Part shown: positions 59,623-64,000 of the stretch, piece by piece | Position numbering within the stretch: the stretch's first letter is position 1 | Layout of the letters: each line of letters starts with the position of its first letter | DNA from: Macrostomum hystrix | Lineage: Eukaryota > Animalia > Platyhelminthes | Direction: 5' to 3' | NCBI GenBank assembly: GCA_950097015.1 | Contig: CATNEN010000031.1 | Coordinates: forward strand, 3,348,001 to 3,412,000 | DNA: 64,000 nt | Program-made: the position numbers and the translations under genes | The notes under the pieces: generated by a model | Told to the model about the DNA's origin: nothing | What the model saw: the letters and a program-made list of their open reading frames with translations, nothing else | The model's database searches: none

Positions 59623-60927
59623 TATTGTGTGCAATTTACTTGCAATAGTAAGATATGTCATAATTTGAAATATACAAAGCTAAATCTGTTATAGATTATT
59701 TATTTATCTACCACTATCTACCACTACTAGGCCTACAAAAGTACATGCAGTTTATTCTTAAAGAACTAGAGTCTCTTATTTTTATTTGTGTATTGGTAGG
59801 CTAGGCCCTACAGTAAATACGTTCTGCTGGATCTCTGGGTGTTTCATGTTGGGGTCTGGTACTGCTAGATCTCTAGCCTTCTAAAATTCAGGTCCAGTGC
59901 TGGATCTCTAGCCACTGCCTCTCAATTTTTATTCCAATAGCCAAAAGGATGATAAGTTAGCTGCCTGAGGAGGTCATACATAACCCACTGGACCCTTCAC
60001 CTACCTATGCCACTGATTAGTTATTTGCTACTATAGCTAATGTTAATAAGTAAATAAGGCCTAATTTTTATGTAGCTGTTTATAAAAGCTGGTATGTAAA
60101 TTGCTATTTATTTTTGTAAATGCATATAATATATCTAACATAGGCCTAGCTATGGTGTTGGCCATAGCTGAATAATAAAGGATATATAGTATGATGTATT
60201 GGATAGTTCAGTGGGTTTGTTAACCTGTGGCTGTTGTATTATGGGCAGAACAATATGATTGTTAGATATTGAAAACCTTGGTGCAATAGAGATAAAATAG
60301 ATTTTTATGAACTCAAAAGCAAAACAAAACTAAAAATGCTAGCACAAGAAGGTTACTAGCCAAAAAATAATTAATTGATTCCTGTACTAACATAAATATA
60401 TATTTCTAAGGTCAATAGAATGTTTTATCATCCAATAATAGCTAGAGTCTTTGACAATGTTACTGATTGGCTTCTTTGGCTTTCCTCTGAGACAGAGACA
60501 ATATGAGACAAAGTGGAAAGGTATCAGGTATGAGTACCATCAGAAGTTATTGTTTTATGTTTTGGAAGTTTGAAAATTCTACTTAATGTAGCTACATTGA
60601 GAAACAAAATGAAAACAAACTCAGGAAACCAATCTGTAAAAAGTATCTACATAAAACTGTTGGATAAAAGTTGACTAATATACATTAATAATTATATATT
60701 GGTCAGTACTAAATTCTTCAATCAGTATTATAGTACATAAAATTGGAGCCATGTGATGCTACTAATACAGTAGTAAGGCCTGTTTTCCAATAATTTCAGG
60801 ATAACAGATTTAGCTTTGTATATTTCAAATTATGACATATCTTACTATTGCAAGTAAATTGCACACAATATTACAAATTGTCTTAGCCTATTTTGTCTTA
60901 CTTGTTGATTTACATTTTATTTCAGAC

Positions 60928-63900
60928 ATGGGGAAACCAAAGCAGAAAGGACCAGGAAAGACTGTAAAGACTGGTAATCGAGTGAACAGTTCTGGTCACT
61001 CTTTAAACGTTGGTAAGTTATATTGCTGTGTAAATTCTTAGACCTTTTGTAAAAAATTTTGCCACAATTTTGCTACTTAAGTACCAGCAGGTAGTACATA
61101 GCGAAGTAGATATTTTTATTTCTTATAAGAAGAGTCCAATTGATTTTCGATCCGCCATTATACAGACCGGCAGCGCACGGGAGATGGGATGCGCGACAAG
61201 AGCACCATTCGCCGCCTGCAGATGTACAGGAATTTCAAGCCTAAGAGGTAATCATCTGGCTATTCTCTGTCACATCTTCTGTATTTTGCATGCCGTTACT
61301 AACATGATTATGCTTTGTTTTCAATCAATAGGGACAAAACTGGTAAGATTATCAAGGCGGCGCCTTTCCAGTCCACCCTACCGTCTGGCACTGTTGCCCG
61401 CATCGCGCCCAACAGAAAATGGTTCGGTGAGTGGGCAAACCAACGCGGATGCCAGTTCATATGCATTGACTGTTTGTTATTTTCCTTCCAAAGCTAAATA
61501 TATTCTTTATATTTAAGCCAGTGAAGCCAGATGTACAGCCAAAGGCAGTGTACACCTGTTAAGTCCGTGGACTAAGGGGAGAAGGCCACCACACCTCGAC
61601 TTCTACTCCAGATAGCTATTTTAAATGGTACCCATTCTACAGCTAGTGAACTGAAGCAGGGCAGAGTTAAAAGTCTTGCTAACGGGCAAAAATTTGCCCA
61701 GATACGAACTCAAGACCTCCAGATTCGAACTTCAGAAATCCGAAGCTCTAAGCCAGGAGTCGGCAAACTTCTTAGCTAGCGGGTCAAAGAGAGAACCTTA
61801 ATGACGACAGCGGGCCCCATTGACTGTAGAAATATTAGATAGGGGCAGATATGAGACACGGCAGAGATGAGACACAGGAGAGATAAGGCACGGGAGAGAT
61901 GAGACACGGAAGAGATATGACACGGAAGAGATATGACACGGAAGAGATGAGTCACAGGAAAGATGAGACACAGGAAAGATGAGTCACAGGAAAGATGAGA
62001 CACAGGAGAGATAAGGCATGGGATAGATGCGACTGAGAAAGAGATGAGATAAGACACGGAAGAGATGAGACACAGGAGAGATAAGACACGGAAGAGATGA
62101 GACACGGAAGAGATGAAACACAGGAGAGATAAGACACGGAAGAGATGAGACACAGGCGAGATAAGACACGGTAGAGATGAGACACAGGAGAGATAAGACA
62201 CGGATGAGATGAAACACAGGAGAGATGAGACACAGGAGAGATGAGACACGGAAGAGATATGACACGGAAGAGATATGACATGGAAGAAATATGACACGGA
62301 AGAGATATGACACGGAAGAGATGAGTCACAGGAAAGATAAGACGCAGGAGAGATGAGGCATGGGATAGATGCGACTGAGACAGAGATGAGATAAGACACG
62401 GAAGATATGAGACACAGGAGAGATAAGACACGGAAGAGATGAGGCACGGGGGAGATGAAACACAGGAGAGATAAGACACGGAAGAGATGAGGCACGGGAG
62501 AGATGAGACACGGAAGAGATGAAACACAGGAGAGATAAGACACAGAAGAGATGAGGCACGGGAGAGATGAGACACGGAAGAGATGAAACACAGGAGAGAT
62601 CAGACACGGGAGAGATGAGACACGGGAGAGATGAGACCGAAGAGAGATGAGACCGAGGAGAGATGAGACAGGGGAAAGATGGAACAGGATACTGTAGGGG
62701 TCAGAAGGAGCAACGTGTCGGATTTGGGGCTAGGAGGGCCGCATCTGGCGCGCGGGCCGGAGTTTGGCGACCGCTGCTCTAAGCACTGGACAAAATGCTA
62801 CTTAGAGACAATTTCTCATTGAATTCCCTGGCCGGGGATCACGTGATAAAAACAAGCTTCACCGCATTCCCCCGCCAATCGCGACAGGCAATACCCGCGT
62901 CATCACTCAGTCGAATCTGCAGAGCTTTCAAGACGAGATGGCCAAGGTGGCGCAGGATCCCTACCAGGTGGTGATGCGTCGCACCAAGCTGCCAATCACT
63001 CTGCTAAATAGCAAGGCTAAGAATAGTCGGGTGCACATTCTCGACACCGAGAGCTTCGAGGAGACCTTCAGTCAGAAAAGGCGTCGAAAGCGACCCCGCC
63101 TGCAGTGTGAGGATGTCTCCGCACTGGCGGCGTCTGCTGAGGCGCGCGCCGACGCCTACGAAGTTGAGAAGGATTCCAGCCTGCCTAGGGACGATGAGGG
63201 CGTGCGCAAGCTGGTGTCTGAGCCGGTTGGTCTGCCGCCTGGGCGATGATCTGAGACAGGCTGAAACTACTGCTTAGAATGATTCCTGGTCCTCAAACTG
63301 CCCCACTAGCGATCCCAAATCCTTAAAAAGTACCAAAAACCACCCCAGATTCTTACACTGTCACAAATAATCACAGATCCTTACATTGTCCTACCAAACA
63401 TCCCAGATCCTCACTCTCCCACCAAACATCTCAGAATCTGAAGTTCACGAAACATCCCAAAACCTCACACTGTCCCACCACCACCCCTAATCCTCACACT
63501 GTCCCACCACCCCAGTTTCTCTAAGCGTCATAGCATTTGTTCTAAAAATTTTCCCAAAATCCCACAGATTTTCCGAGCCGGGCAGTCCAGGCGCGTTTGG
63601 AACGAGCTCTACAAGGTTCTGGACTCTTCCGATGTCCTCCTGTACGTACTCGACGCTCGCGACCCCGTAGGCACTCGATCGCCCCACCTGGAGAAGTACT
63701 TGAAATCGCGTAAACCGATGATCTTCATATTGAACAAGGTGGACTTGGTGCCAGTGCCGGTCACCAAGCGCTGGAAGGTGCTGCTGTCTCGCGAGTACCC
63801 CACCCTGGCCTTTCACGCCAGCATGCGCAATCCGTTTGGCAAGGGCGCCCTGATTGGCCTGCTGCGCCAATTCGGCCGGCTGCACTCGGACAAGAAGCAG

Positions 63901-64000
63901 ATTGCCGTTGGCGTCATCGGCTATCCTAATGTTGGCAAGAGTTCCATCATCAACACGCTCAGGTCTAAGCTAGTCTGCAAGGTGGCGCCCATTGCTGGCG
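60928..64000 (+). CDS. GNL2: Nucleolar GTP-binding protein 2 (GNL2/NOG2), 5' partial; join(60928..61012,61166..61247,61332..61426,62888..63225,63568..>64000)
   Basis: [81 protein letters not shown] (G4), NPFGKGALI and G1 GYPNVGKSS. Confidence 0.97.
61515..61753 (-). mobile_element. CORE-like SINE (family B) whose tRNA head is interrupted by the hAT MITE
   Basis: ggtacccattctacagctagtgaactgaagcagggcagagttaaaagtcttgctaa block; the head continues after 62777. Confidence 0.7.
61754..62776. mobile_element. hAT (Charlie-like) non-autonomous element, 1,023 bp, 8-bp TSD CTCTAAGC
   Basis: TIRs CAGGAGTCGGCAAAC / CAGCGGTCGCCAAAC (reverse complement); identical 8-mers at 61746-61753 and 62777-62784. 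Confidence 0.9.
61855..62680. repeat. Minisatellite ~16-17 bp (GAGATGAGACAC[G/A]GAA) filling the hAT element
   Basis: Degenerate tandem copies with higher-order blocks. Confidence 0.93.
63300..63515. repeat. Degenerate ~27-30 bp tandem repeat in GNL2 intron 4
   Basis: cagatcctcacactgtccca-like units. Confidence 0.55.

Overview
Eukaryotic (animal) genomic DNA with spliceosomal introns, GC-rich exons and about 13-14 kb (roughly one fifth) of unrelated minisatellite arrays. The style suggests a free-living flatworm such as Macrostomum, but that is inference only. Recognisable host genes are an MFSD4-like transporter, an intronless calbindin/Cbp53E-like protein, a roadblock dynein light chain, ESRP/fusilli (8 exons), inositol monophosphatase (6 exons), OSER1-like, GDAP2 and the 5' part of GNL2/NOG2. 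There is also a candidate small secreted prepro-peptide. Mobile DNA includes two tRNA-derived SINE families (one with a CORE-like domain), a decayed LINE and three kinds of MITE. The main finding is a structurally complete 8,390-bp CACTA/EnSpm (CMC) transposon at 45240-53629, with CCC termini, an AA 2-bp TSD and CCGG-rich subterminal repeats. It is nested in a SINE inside GDAP2 intron 2. Besides an intact DDE transposase it carries a BEN-domain/coiled-coil gene (one frameshift) and a compact CtIP/Sae2-like gene (CxxC, RHR, FW motifs) lacking the CDK-regulated TP site. This suggests a transposon that encodes its own MRN-type DNA end-processing cofactor. All protein assignments are by eye from remembered family motifs; no searches were run.
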